Source: Thermoleophilia bacterium (lineage in GTDB: Bacteria; Actinomycetota; Thermoleophilia; Miltoncostaeales; Miltoncostaeaceae). Taken from it: a stretch of DNA of 64,000 nucleotides. Positions 27,155 to 36,673 of the stretch are shown one piece after another. The translations under genes and the position numbers were made by a program. Within the stretch, counting starts at the first letter, position 1; each line of letters begins with the position of its first letter. Below the pieces are notes generated by a model. The model saw nothing but the letters and a program-made list of their open reading frames with translations. It had not been told where the DNA came from and searched no databases. The stretch lies in NCBI GenBank assembly GCA_009694365.1, contig SHVE01000005.1:20175-84174 (forward strand). The letters run 5' to 3'.

Positions 27155-28932
27155 TCGGGGCCGCCCGCTACCGCACGCACACGGCCGTGGGCGCCGCCGC
27201 CGCGGTGGGCCAGTCGGTCCGTGTGGCCGGCTGGGTCCATCGCCGCCGCGACCACGGCGGGATCGTCTTCATCGACCTCCGCGACCGCAGCGGAATTTTG
27301 CAACTGGTGTTCCATCCCGAGACGGCGCCCGAGGCCCACGCCGCGGGGGAGCGGTTGCACCTCGAGGATGTCGTCACCGTGCAGGGGGAGATCGTTGTGC
27401 GCTCGGCCCCGACGGTCAATCCGCGTATCCCCACCGGAGCGGTGGAGTTGGCCGTCTCCGCCATGGAGCGCCTGGCCGAGACCGAACCCGTGCCCTTTAG
27501 CGTGGAGGACGAGAGCACGGAGCCGTCGGAGGAGGTTCGACTCACGTACCGCTACATCGACATGCGCCGACCGCGTCGCCTCGCGGCGCTCGAACTACGT
27601 GCGCGGGTGGTGCGCGCCATGCGCCGCGTGCTCGACGACGACGGCTTCCTCGAGGTCGAGACGCCCGTCCTTACGCGGTCCACTCCCGAGGGCGCCCGCG
27701 ACTTCCTCGTGCCCTCGCGCCTCAGCCAGGGCGACTGGTACGCGCTCCCCCAGAGTCCCCAGCTGTTCAAGCAACTCCTCATGGTGGGTGGTATTGAGCG
27801 CTACTACCAAGTGGCGCGCTGCTTCCGTGATGAGGACCTACGCGCCGACCGGCAGCCCGAGTTCACACAACTCGACATCGAGGCGTCGTTCGTGGAGTCC
27901 GAGGACATCGAGGACCTGACCGAGCGCGTCCTCGTGGCCTGTTTCGCTGAGGCCGGCATCGCAATTCCCACGCCGTTCCCCCGCCTGGGGTACGCGGAGG
28001 CCATGCGGCGCTTCGGGACCGACCGCCCGGACATCCGGTTCGGCATGGAGATCGTCGACTGGACCGCCGCCGCGGGGCGGACCGGTTTCGCCGTGTTCGA
28101 GGGCGTGGTACAGCGTGGTGGCGTGGTGCGTGGGCTCGTGGTGCCGGGCGCCGGTGTCGGTGTGTCACGCAAGGACGGCGCCGACATGATGGCCGAGGCC
28201 CAGGCGCTCGGCGCTGCCGGACTCGTGTGGGCGGTGGTCGAGGACGACGGCACCCTGCGTTCGCCCGTGGCGAAGTTCCTCGACGGTCTCACCGACGATC
28301 TCGGTGCGGTGCCGGGTGACCTCATCACCTTGGTGGCCGACGACGAACCGGTGGTGTCGGGCGTTCTCGGAACCCTTCGGACCCGGTTCGCCGAGCGTAA
28401 CGGGCTCATCCCGGAGGGCGCGTGGGCCCCGCTCTGGGTGAACGACTTCCCACTCGTGGGGTGGAACTCCGATGAGGGCCGCTTCGACTCATTGCACCAC
28501 CCGTTCACGGCCCCGCACCCGGATGACATCCACAATCTCGCGAGTGACGCCGGGTCGGTAAGAAGCCTCGCCTACGACGTGGTGCTCAACGGTATCGAGG
28601 TCGGCGGCGGCTCCATCCGCATCCACGATTCCGTCATCCAGTCGGCGGTGTTCGCCTGCATCGGCCTCGGTGCCACCGAGGCCGAAGACCGTTTCGGGTT
28701 CCTGCTCCGGGCGCTCCGTCTGGGCGCGCCGCCGCACGGGGGGATCGCGCTGGGAGTCGATCGTTTGGTCATGCTGCTCGCCGGTGAGCGCAGCATCCGC
28801 GACGTGATCGCCTTCCCCAAGACGGCCACCGGTGCCGATCCGCTCACGGGGGCCCCCACGGGTGTGGACGCTGTTCAGCTCCGAGACATCGCGGTCGCGT
28901 CCACGGCCCGGCCCCGGGAAACCGGGACCTGA
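27151..28932 (+). CDS. aspS: Aspartate--tRNA ligase
   Basis: OB-fold N-terminus (VAGWVHRRRDHGGIVFIDLRDRSG), FRDEDLRADRQPEFTQLD, and GGGSIRIH near the C-terminus. GTG at 27151 overlaps the hisS stop (GTGA). The upstream part of the long ORF is not protein-like. Confidence 0.9.
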   Translation: MIGAARYRTHTAVGAAAAVGQSVRVAGWVHRRRDHGGIVFIDLRDRSGILQLVFHPETAPEAHAAGERLHLEDVVTVQGEIVVRSAPTVNPRIPTGAVELAVSAMERLAETEPVPFSVEDESTEPSEEVRLTYRYIDMRRPRRLAALELRARVVRAMRRVLDDDGFLEVETPVLTRSTPEGARDFLVPSRLSQGDWYALPQSPQLFKQLLMVGGIERYYQVARCFRDEDLRADRQPEFTQLDIEASFVESEDIEDLTERVLVACFAEAGIAIPTPFPRLGYAEAMRRFGTDRPDIRFGMEIVDWTAAAGRTGFAVFEGVVQRGGVVRGLVVPGAGVGVSRKDGADMMAEAQALGAAGLVWAVVEDDGTLRSPVAKFLDGLTDDLGAVPGDLITLVADDEPVVSGVLGTLRTRFAERNGLIPEGAWAPLWVNDFPLVGWNSDEGRFDSLHHPFTAPHPDDIHNLASDAGSVRSLAYDVVLNGIEVGGGSIRIHDSVIQSAVFACIGLGATEAEDRFGFLLRALRLGAPPHGGIALGVDRLVMLLAGERSIRDVIAFPKTATGADPLTGAPTGVDAVQLRDIAVASTARPRETGT

Positions 28933-29397
28933 CGGGATCCGCGTTGTTCATCCGTTTCGATGCTCGTGAACGGGGGCGGGGTGGGAGGGGCCGGTCCTCA
29001 CGGACATCACCACCCCGTAGGGGTCATCCCCGCCCTGGGATTCGTTGCAACGGGTCTCCCGCCGGGCTACGGTTGTGGTGCTCGACCGTGTTCGCGACCG
29101 GACTTAGTTCCTAACCGTTTCTCGTGACCGATATCGTGGAGTCGGGGCCGCACCCGTGCGACGTCCCGCCCATGATCCAGCCTGTTTGAGCAGGTTCGGA
29201 GCACGCCTCGGGGCGGCACGGTGGAGCACCTTCTGTTTCTGGACTTGACTGCACACCGCCGGGCAGGGTGCAGTCATGTCGGCCGGGGGGCGAGGGGGAG
29301 ACGGGGCCTCGAAGTGCGAATGGCAGGTCCCATTCGGACAGCGAATCCCCCACCGTTCTCACCATGTCGTGGTGGAACCGTGCCGGGCGGAGATAAT

Positions 29398-30930
29398 GTG
29401 GCACCCTCCGGCGCATCGCGGACCGATCCCCCTGATACCGTCGCCGCCGTGCCGCCGTATCCACCCGAGGTCATGCGCCATCTCGCCGCCCCAATCGGTG
29501 CGGGGGGCACCCCACGCCCCGATTGCGTCGGCGAGGCTGGGGCGGAGGACTGTGGCGACGTGGTGCGCATCGAGTTGGTGGTGCGCAACGGGATTGTGGA
29601 GGATGCGGGTTTCCGCGTCCGGGGTTGCGGCGCCACCACCGCAGCGGCATCCGCAGCGTGCGCGGCGCTGGCGGGGGCCCCGCTGCGACGCGCTTTGGGC
29701 GTCTCGGCGTCGTCGCTCGATTCGGCTCTGGGCGGGCTCGGAACGGCGCGCCTGCACGGTGCGCAGATCGTGGCCGATGCCGTGTCTCAGGCGCTCGAAC
29801 ACTGGTACACCGCCCGCCTTGGAGAGCCCGGCCTCCCTCTTCGGCCGGGGGGCGTCGCCGTCGCCATGAGCGGCGGGGTGGACAGCGCGGTGGCGGCTCT
29901 GCTCCTCGCGGATCAGGGGTTCGACGTGGTGGGCGTAACGATGCGCTTGTGGCACGACCCCGTCGCGGCCCGTGCCGAGCGGTCGTGCTGCGCGCCCGAA
30001 ACCGTTCGCTTGGCGCGGGAGACGTGCGCCGCCCTCGGGATCCCCCATCTGGTCATCGATGCGGCGGAGCGGTTCCGGTCGGAGGTGGTGGAGGAGTTTG
30101 CGCGTGGATACGCCGCCGGCCTCACGCCCAACCCGTGCATCACGTGCAACGGGGAGGTCCGATTTCGCATCCTTGCCGAGGCCGCAGCTCTGCTCGGCGC
30201 GCGCGGCCTCGCCACGGGGCACTACGCCCGCGTGGTCGAGGGTCCCGCCGGATCGCCGGTACTCGCCACCGCGGTGGACGGCACGAAGGACCAGTCGTAC
30301 ATGCTCGCGCGTCTCGATCGGGCCACCATCGAGCGGTTGATCCTGCCCCTAGGTGGCCTCACCAAGGTAGAGGTACGGGATCTGGCCGCTGGGGCCGGGC
30401 TGCCGGCCGCCGATGCGGTAGAGAGCCAGGACGTATGTTTCGTCGGCAAGGGCGGATACGCGCCATTCCTCGAGCGGCATGCGGGCCTCACGCCCAGGAC
30501 CGGGGAAATCGTCGACATGGATGGCACCGTGGTGGGGGACCACAGTGGTTATTGGCGTTACACGGTGGGCCAGCGGAAGGGAATCGGGGTGGCGGCATCC
30601 ACGCCGCAGTACGTGATCGCCACCGATGCGGCGCGCAATCGCGTGGTGGTGGGCCCCCGTGCGGCCCTCGCGTCTTTCCGTATCTCATTGCACGATGTCG
30701 TGGCCCACGAGGCGCCGGGTCGTACACTCGACGTTCGGATCCGGCATCATGATCGTTCCCTGCGGGGCTCGCTCCGCATGACGGGGGAGGCCACGGGCGA
30801 CGTGGTGCTCGAGGAGGCCGCCGAGGCGGTCGCCCCGGGGCAGGTTGCGGCGCTCTATGACGACGGTCGTCTCGTGGCCGCAGGAACAATCGCCCGCGCG
30901 TTCGCCGGGCACGAGCAGTCGGAGGCATAG
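29398..30930 (+). CDS. mnmA: Fusion protein: IscU/NifU-like N-terminal domain plus tRNA 2-thiouridine(34) synthase MnmA
   Basis: The N-terminal ~150 aa carry YPPEVMRHLAAP, CGD and GCG scaffold motifs. The third scaffold Cys position reads LHGAQ. Then comes the MnmA PP-loop VAMSGGVDSAV, with NPCITCN and QDVCFVG. GTG at 29398 is preceded by GGAG. Alternative starts lie at 29320 and 29221. Confidence 0.8.
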   Translation: MAPSGASRTDPPDTVAAVPPYPPEVMRHLAAPIGAGGTPRPDCVGEAGAEDCGDVVRIELVVRNGIVEDAGFRVRGCGATTAAASAACAALAGAPLRRALGVSASSLDSALGGLGTARLHGAQIVADAVSQALEHWYTARLGEPGLPLRPGGVAVAMSGGVDSAVAALLLADQGFDVVGVTMRLWHDPVAARAERSCCAPETVRLARETCAALGIPHLVIDAAERFRSEVVEEFARGYAAGLTPNPCITCNGEVRFRILAEAAALLGARGLATGHYARVVEGPAGSPVLATAVDGTKDQSYMLARLDRATIERLILPLGGLTKVEVRDLAAGAGLPAADAVESQDVCFVGKGGYAPFLERHAGLTPRTGEIVDMDGTVVGDHSGYWRYTVGQRKGIGVAASTPQYVIATDAARNRVVVGPRAALASFRISLHDVVAHEAPGRTLDVRIRHHDRSLRGSLRMTGEATGDVVLEEAAEAVAPGQVAALYDDGRLVAAGTIARAFAGHEQSEA

Positions 30931-31335
30931 ATGGGATGGTCTGACGTAGCCAGCCTTGCGCTCGCAATCTTCCTGATCGCCGTCGGAGCCGGGCTCTTCT
31001 ACCTGTTCGTTCGTCTGGGCGAACTGTTCGGCAGGGTGGAGCAGTCGATCAAGGAGGTCACCGACGAGACGGTGCCGATCCTCACCCGCGTGCAGGTAAC
31101 CGTGGACGAGATCAACGCGCAGTTGGGCCACGTGGACGAGATCTTGACCAGTGCCGTGAGCGCAACGAAGAGCGCGGAGCAGGCCGCGAGCACGGTGTCG
31201 AAGACCGTTACTGGTCCCGCCCGCGCCCTCAGCGGACTCTCGGCGTCGGCCGTTGAGGCGCTCAGGTCGTTCCGTGCCCGTCGCGCCAGTGGCACGCCCT
31301 CCGACGGCCCGGTGCGGCACGAGAGCCCGTATTGA
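30931..31335 (+). CDS. DUF948-like membrane-anchored protein
   Basis: N-terminal TM helix (LALAIFLIAVGAGLFYLFV) followed by a long helical region. This arrangement upstream of alaS is common in Gram-positive bacteria. Confidence 0.6.
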   Translation: MGWSDVASLALAIFLIAVGAGLFYLFVRLGELFGRVEQSIKEVTDETVPILTRVQVTVDEINAQLGHVDEILTSAVSATKSAEQAASTVSKTVTGPARALSGLSASAVEALRSFRARRASGTPSDGPVRHESPY

Positions 31336-31559
31336 GGTTGACGACCCCCATCGTCGTAGGGGCGGCGGCCGTGGCGTGGCTTGCGGTCCGTCAGCGGAAC
31401 CCCGCCCGGTGGCCGGCACTTGTTATCTCCGAAGCCGCCTCGGCCGTCCGTGACGCCCGCGAGGCCATGGCGGACGCCGCTCGAGCGGGAGTGCGTACCG
31501 AGCACGCGTTCGACGACGACATGGGCACCGCGCGGGGTGACGCGCGCGTCTGGGACTGA
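31332..31559 (+). CDS. Small hypothetical membrane-anchored protein (YtxH-like?)
   Basis: The TTG start overlaps the DUF948 stop. N-terminal hydrophobic IVVGAAAVAWLAV followed by an Ala/Arg-rich helix. Weak call. Confidence 0.35.
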   Translation: MRLTTPIVVGAAAVAWLAVRQRNPARWPALVISEAASAVRDAREAMADAARAGVRTEHAFDDDMGTARGDARVWD

Positions 31560-31608
31560 CCCAACCGTCCCCGCGGATGGCGGTGGGGACGCTGGTACAT
31601 TGCCGCGC

Positions 31609-34167
31609 GTGACCACCTCTGAGATCCGCGAGGGCTTCCTCCGCTACTTCGAGCGTGAGGACCATCTCCGGATTCCCTCCTCATCGCTCGTGCCGTTCGA
31701 GGACGATCCGTCCGTGCTGCTCACCATCGCGGGGATGCAACCGCTCAAGTCGTACTTCCTGGGGCGGTCCCAGCCCCCTGCCGCACGGATGACCAGCGCA
31801 CAGAAGTGCTTCCGTACCCTCGACATCGATCAGGTGGGCCGCACCGCGCGCCACCTCACATTCTTCGAGATGCTCGGCAACTTCTCGATCGGTGACTACT
31901 TCAAGGACGACGCGATCAGGTTCGGGTTCGAACTGTCCACCGAGGTGCTCGGATTCGACCCCGAGCAGATCTGGATCACGGTCTTTGCGGGGATGGACGG
32001 TGTACCGGCTGACGACGAGGCCCTCGAGCGCTGGGTGGAGCTCGGAATCCCCCGTGAACGCATCCAACGCCTCGGCGAGGCCGACAACTTTTGGAAGGCC
32101 GGGCCCACGGGTCCGTGCGGCCCCAACACCGAGCTCTACCTCGACCGCGGGCCCGCCTTCGGACCGGACGGCGGTCCCGTCACGGGTACCGACCGGTTCC
32201 TCGAGTTCTGGAACCTCGTGTTTATGCAGTACGACCGCGCCGAGGACGGCACGCTCACGACCTTGCCGGCGAGGAACATCGACACCGGCGCCGGACTCGA
32301 ACGCCTCGCGGCCATCCTTCAGGACCGGACCACCATCTTCGAGACCGACGGTTTTCGCCCGCTCATCGCGTGGGCGGAGCAGGCCTCGGGTCGTACGTAC
32401 GGAACTCACCCGCGCACGGACCGTTCCATGCGGGTGCTCGCGGATCACTCACGCGCCATGACGTTCCTGGCCGCCGACGGGGTGAGGCCGGGCAATGATG
32501 GTCGCGATTACATCCTCCGGCGCATCATTCGCCGCGCGGTGAGCGAGGCCGCGTCCCTCGGCCTCGCGCCCACACGCCTCGTAGGCCTCGTGGACATCGT
32601 GGCCGACGGCTACGGCGACGCCTACCCCGAGATCATCGCGGAGCGGTCGTCGGTGGCCGACGTGGTGGGGGCCGAGGCCGAGCAGTTCGCCCGGACCCTC
32701 GAGCAAGGGACGCGTTTGCTTGAGGAGGTACTCGCCCGCTCCCGCTCCGGAGGGGTCATCAGTGGTGACGATGCCTTCCGTCTGCACGACACCTTCGGGT
32801 TCCCGCTCGACCTCACGTGCGACGCCGCCGCGGAGCACGGCGTTCAGGTGGACGAGGCCGGCTTCGATCTCCTCATGGAGGCCCAGCGCGACCGTGCGCG
32901 CGCGGCGGCCCGGACGGGCACGGGCGTCACCCGCACAGCGGCCGAGTCCCTCTCCGCACGCACTGACACCACACAGTTCGTGGGATACGACGAACTGGAG
33001 GTGGTTACCGTCGTCACGGCCCTCATGCCGCTCGACGACGGTGAGGCCCTCGTCAAGGTTGCCCGATCGCCGTTCTACGCCGAGGGCGGTGGACAGGTGA
33101 GCGACGACGGGTGGGTAACGGGCGCCGCGGGCAGCGCCCGTGTGCTCGACGTGCTCCGGGTCGGTGACGACCAAGTGCTCCGCGTCGCCATCACCGGCGA
33201 TCTGCCGGAGGGGGCGTCGGTTACGGCGACTGTGGACGTGGCCCGTCGGCACGCGACGCAGGCCAACCACACAGCGACCCACGTGCTGGGTTGGGCACTG
33301 CGCGGGGTTCTGGGCGACGGCGTACGCCAGGCGGGGTCCTACGTGGGTCCGGACAAGTTGCGTTTCGACTTCCGTCACCGCGGTCGCATCGCGCCCGATG
33401 TTCTCGAGGAGATCGAGGCGGAGGTCAACGCCCGCGTGGCGGAGGACACGCCCGTGCGTACTCAGGTCATGCCGCGTGCCGAGGCCGACGCCCTCGGAGC
33501 CATCGGTCTGTTCGAGGAGAAGTACGGCGAGGTGGTGCGCGTGGTGCAGACCGGCGACTTCTCGAACGAACTCTGCGGTGGCTGCCATGTGTCCCGGACC
33601 GGCGAGATCGGCCCTCTGGTGATCGTGTCGGCGGGCAGCAGCGGTGCGGACACCCGACGTATCGAAGCCGTCACCGGACTGGCCGCCCTGGACCATCTGC
33701 GGTTGCGCAACCGTGATCTGGCCGATGAGGTCGCCCAGCAGGACGAACGCATCCGTAGGTTGGAGGCCGACTTGAAGGCCGCCCGATCTGGGCGGGTGGA
33801 TGTCGCCGCGATCGTCGACGCCGCCGAGGTTGTCGGCGTCGTCTGCATCGTCGCTGCCGAGGTCGACGCCGCCGACATGGACGAGCTGCTGGCACTCACC
33901 GACCGGGTGGCGCAGGCCATGGGGCCCGGATCGGCGGTCGTGCTCGGTGCGGGTGCGGATGGGAAGGCTCTCCTCGTTGCCAAGTTCGACGAGGCCGCGG
34001 TGTCCGCGGGGATGTCGGCCACCGATCTCATGCGCGAGGTGGCCCCCGTGGTCGGCGGTGGCGGTGGTGGCAAGCCGGGACTGGCCCGGGCGGGCGGCAC
34101 GGAGGCGGAACACATCCCTGAGGCCATAGATCGCGCGTGGGCGGTACTCCGATCGGTTGCCGGATGA
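31609..34167 (+). CDS. alaS: Alanine--tRNA ligase
   Basis: IREGFLRYFEREDH N-terminus, FEMLGNFS(I/F)GDYFK, editing-domain HTATHVL and CGGCHV. The GTG at 31609 fits the canonical N-terminus. Confidence 0.92.
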   Translation: MTTSEIREGFLRYFEREDHLRIPSSSLVPFEDDPSVLLTIAGMQPLKSYFLGRSQPPAARMTSAQKCFRTLDIDQVGRTARHLTFFEMLGNFSIGDYFKDDAIRFGFELSTEVLGFDPEQIWITVFAGMDGVPADDEALERWVELGIPRERIQRLGEADNFWKAGPTGPCGPNTELYLDRGPAFGPDGGPVTGTDRFLEFWNLVFMQYDRAEDGTLTTLPARNIDTGAGLERLAAILQDRTTIFETDGFRPLIAWAEQASGRTYGTHPRTDRSMRVLADHSRAMTFLAADGVRPGNDGRDYILRRIIRRAVSEAASLGLAPTRLVGLVDIVADGYGDAYPEIIAERSSVADVVGAEAEQFARTLEQGTRLLEEVLARSRSGGVISGDDAFRLHDTFGFPLDLTCDAAAEHGVQVDEAGFDLLMEAQRDRARAAARTGTGVTRTAAESLSARTDTTQFVGYDELEVVTVVTALMPLDDGEALVKVARSPFYAEGGGQVSDDGWVTGAAGSARVLDVLRVGDDQVLRVAITGDLPEGASVTATVDVARRHATQANHTATHVLGWALRGVLGDGVRQAGSYVGPDKLRFDFRHRGRIAPDVLEEIEAEVNARVAEDTPVRTQVMPRAEADALGAIGLFEEKYGEVVRVVQTGDFSNELCGGCHVSRTGEIGPLVIVSAGSSGADTRRIEAVTGLAALDHLRLRNRDLADEVAQQDERIRRLEADLKAARSGRVDVAAIVDAAEVVGVVCIVAAEVDAADMDELLALTDRVAQAMGPGSAVVLGAGADGKALLVAKFDEAAVSAGMSATDLMREVAPVVGGGGGGKPGLARAGGTEAEHIPEAIDRAWAVLRSVAG

Positions 34168-34568
34168 AGGCCCTCGGACTCGATCTTGGGCGCGCGCGAA
34201 CCGGAGTTGCCGTGAGCGACCCGTCCGGGACGCTCGTGCGACCTCTGCCCGTGATCGTTGAGATCGACCGACCCGCCGGGGTGGCCGCACTCGACCAGGT
34301 CATTGCCCAGGAGGCCCCGGATGTCATCGTCATCGGCGAGCCCCGCCTTATGTCGGGGGAGGTGGGGGAGCAGGCCCACCACGCCCGATCCTTCGCGGGA
34401 CGCCTACGGTCCCGCGTGGACGCCCGCGTGGAGTTGATGGATGAGCGCATGTCCACGACGGAGGCCGAGCGACGTCAGCGTGAGAGCGGTTCCACCGCAG
34501 ACATGGACAGTCTCGCCGCGTGCGTCATCCTCGACGCGTGGCTCACAGCGCGGGGTGACGGGGGATGA
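34164..34568 (+). CDS. ruvX: Putative pre-16S rRNA nuclease / Holliday junction resolvase-like YqgF
   Basis: LGLDLGRARTGVAVSD N-terminus. ATGA overlap with the alaS stop. alaS-ruvX-mltG-aroE synteny. Confidence 0.85.
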   Translation: MKALGLDLGRARTGVAVSDPSGTLVRPLPVIVEIDRPAGVAALDQVIAQEAPDVIVIGEPRLMSGEVGEQAHHARSFAGRLRSRVDARVELMDERMSTTEAERRQRESGSTADMDSLAACVILDAWLTARGDGG

Positions 34569-35419
34569 GTACGTCTCGGCGACCGCGGGGGCCTGCCCGT
34601 GCAACCCCGGTCGGTCGCACGGTCATCAAGATGCTGGTGCCGATCATCGGCCTGTTCGTGGTCATCGTGGTGGTGCTGGTTCTCGTGGGAGGCCGCGTCT
34701 CGGGTGGGGGCGGGGTGGTCTCCTCGCCCCAACTCGTGGATGTGCTGTTCCCCGAAGGTCTCCGGCGCAGCGAGATGGCAGCGACCCTTGAGAATAATAC
34801 GGGCGTGTCCGCCGCCACCTACCTCGCGGCAACCGACCCATCGAAGACCGGGCAGGCACTGGCCGGTGCCACGACGCCCACGTCACTCGAGGGATTCCTG
34901 TTCCCGGCCACCTACCCCGTGGATCCTGCGCGTTCCGTTGCGGAGCTGGTGGACTACCAAGTACGCACGTATGTCAGTCGCACGGCGGATGTGGACTACT
35001 CATACGCGAACAAACGGAACCTCACGAAGTACGACGTGTTGATCCTTGCCTCGATCGTGGAACGTGAGGCCTTACGGAAAAAGGATCGCGGGTTGATCGC
35101 GGGCGTGTTCTACAACCGGCTTCGCTTGGGGATGCGGATCGACAGCGATGTCACGGTGAACTACGTGATCGGGTCGTGGTCGAAGGCACTCACGGCGGCG
35201 GACCTCAGGATCGACTCGCCCTACAACACGCGTCGCTACCTCGGGCTGCCCCCCGGGCCCATCTGCAACCCGGGCCTCGAGTCCATCGAGGCGGCGGCCA
35301 ACCCGACCCCGACCCCGTACCTGTTCTTTGTCGCCAGCCCGAGTGGAACGGTGTACTACGCGACCGACGAGGCGGACTTCGCCCAGGTGGTCGCCCGAGC
35401 GGGACAGGAGGGCGGATGA
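34565..35419 (+). CDS. mltG: Endolytic murein transglycosylase MltG (YceG family)
   Basis: N-terminal TM helix. EGFLFPATY and SPYNTRRYLGLPPGPICNPG motifs. Confidence 0.85.
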   Translation: MSTSRRPRGPARATPVGRTVIKMLVPIIGLFVVIVVVLVLVGGRVSGGGGVVSSPQLVDVLFPEGLRRSEMAATLENNTGVSAATYLAATDPSKTGQALAGATTPTSLEGFLFPATYPVDPARSVAELVDYQVRTYVSRTADVDYSYANKRNLTKYDVLILASIVEREALRKKDRGLIAGVFYNRLRLGMRIDSDVTVNYVIGSWSKALTAADLRIDSPYNTRRYLGLPPGPICNPGLESIEAAANPTPTPYLFFVASPSGTVYYATDEADFAQVVARAGQEGG

Positions 35420-36255
35420 CGAGGGCGCCGTGGCCCACCGCAACGACGCGGTTCGTCGGTGTCATCGGGTGGCCGGTGGATCACTCGCTGTCGCCGTCGA
35501 TGCACAACGCGGCGTTTCGGGCTCTCGACCTCGATTGGGCGTACCTCGCGTTTCCGATCCACCCGGATCACGTGCACACGGCCGTGCGGGGTCTCTTTCG
35601 GGCGGGCTGCGCCGGGTTGAACGTCACCATTCCACACAAGCACGCGGTGATCGAGTGCTGCTCGTCGGTCACGCCCGCCGTGGAGGCGATCGGCGCTGCG
35701 AACACGCTCATCCCCGACGGTAACGGTGGGATGACCGGTGACAACACCGACGCCGAGGGATTCCTGCGGGCGCTCGATGAGGCTGGGCCGATCGAGCTCC
35801 AGGGCGCGAACGTGCTGCTGATTGGCGCGGGCGGGGCGGCGAAGGCCGTGGCATTCGCACTGACGGGCCGTGGCGCCCGTCTGCGGGTGGCCAATCGCAC
35901 CGAGGAGACGGCCGCGACGCTGGGTGATGTGGTGCCCTTTACCCGTGAAGCGATGGAGGATGCCGCCCGGTCGGCGGTACTCGTGGTGAACGCGACCAGC
36001 CTTGGCATGGGCACCGACGAGGTTCCCGACGAGTTACCGGTGGAGGGCATCGGACCGGGCACTGTGGCATTCGACCTGGTCTATCGGGCGACTCCGACTC
36101 CGTGGCTGTGCACCGTGGGTGCGCAGGGCGCCCGCACGGTGGACGGTCTCGGAATGCTGCTGCACCAAGGGGCAGCAGCATTCCAGCAGTGGACCGGGTC
36201 CGAAGCGCCACTTGAGGCGATGCGGGCCGGACTCACCTCGCCGGAGGTGGGCTGA
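35416..36255 (+). CDS. aroE: Shikimate dehydrogenase
   Basis: GWPVDHSLSPSMHNAAF, NVTIPHK, NTDAEGF and GAGGAAKA motifs. ATG at 35416 overlaps the mltG stop. Confidence 0.88.
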   Translation: MTRAPWPTATTRFVGVIGWPVDHSLSPSMHNAAFRALDLDWAYLAFPIHPDHVHTAVRGLFRAGCAGLNVTIPHKHAVIECCSSVTPAVEAIGAANTLIPDGNGGMTGDNTDAEGFLRALDEAGPIELQGANVLLIGAGGAAKAVAFALTGRGARLRVANRTEETAATLGDVVPFTREAMEDAARSAVLVVNATSLGMGTDEVPDELPVEGIGPGTVAFDLVYRATPTPWLCTVGAQGARTVDGLGMLLHQGAAAFQQWTGSEAPLEAMRAGLTSPEVG

Positions 36256-36673
36256 CCCCACACCGTCGGGTGCACAACCCGATCCCGTCGGAAAGGGTCC
36301 GGGTACGGAGTGCGGTCCTCATGGACCGATCGTGGTGGATCGACTCCCTCACGCAATCGTGACCGATCAAGTGCTCCTGCACCGCAGTGGTCCTAGGATC
36401 AGCGCACAAGGGGTCGGTTACACCACTTCCGACGACGTGACGGTCGTGACCCGTGAGCCCCCTCTACGAGGCCATCATCCCCACGGAGATCTCCCGTGGC
36501 ACACGCTGCCACCGGCGCGGTGAACGGGCCTGCCAGGTGGCCTCGGTCGGTGGTGCACGGCCCTCCGGCACACCCGGCCCGATGACTCGTCGTTCACGGT
36601 GTGGCGCGACAACACCGATGGCGTCCGACGCGGGGCCTAGCCTGACATGTCCCTTCGTTAGCCGGGGGACACC

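Noticed and set aside
28933-29397. The long aspS-mnmA spacer might contain RNase P RNA, tmRNA, SRP RNA or 6C RNA.
   Set aside because: None of the diagnostic strings is present on either strand: GAGGAAAGTCC, the GGGGCUGA...UCCACCA termini, GGAAGCAGCC, or paired C-rich loops.
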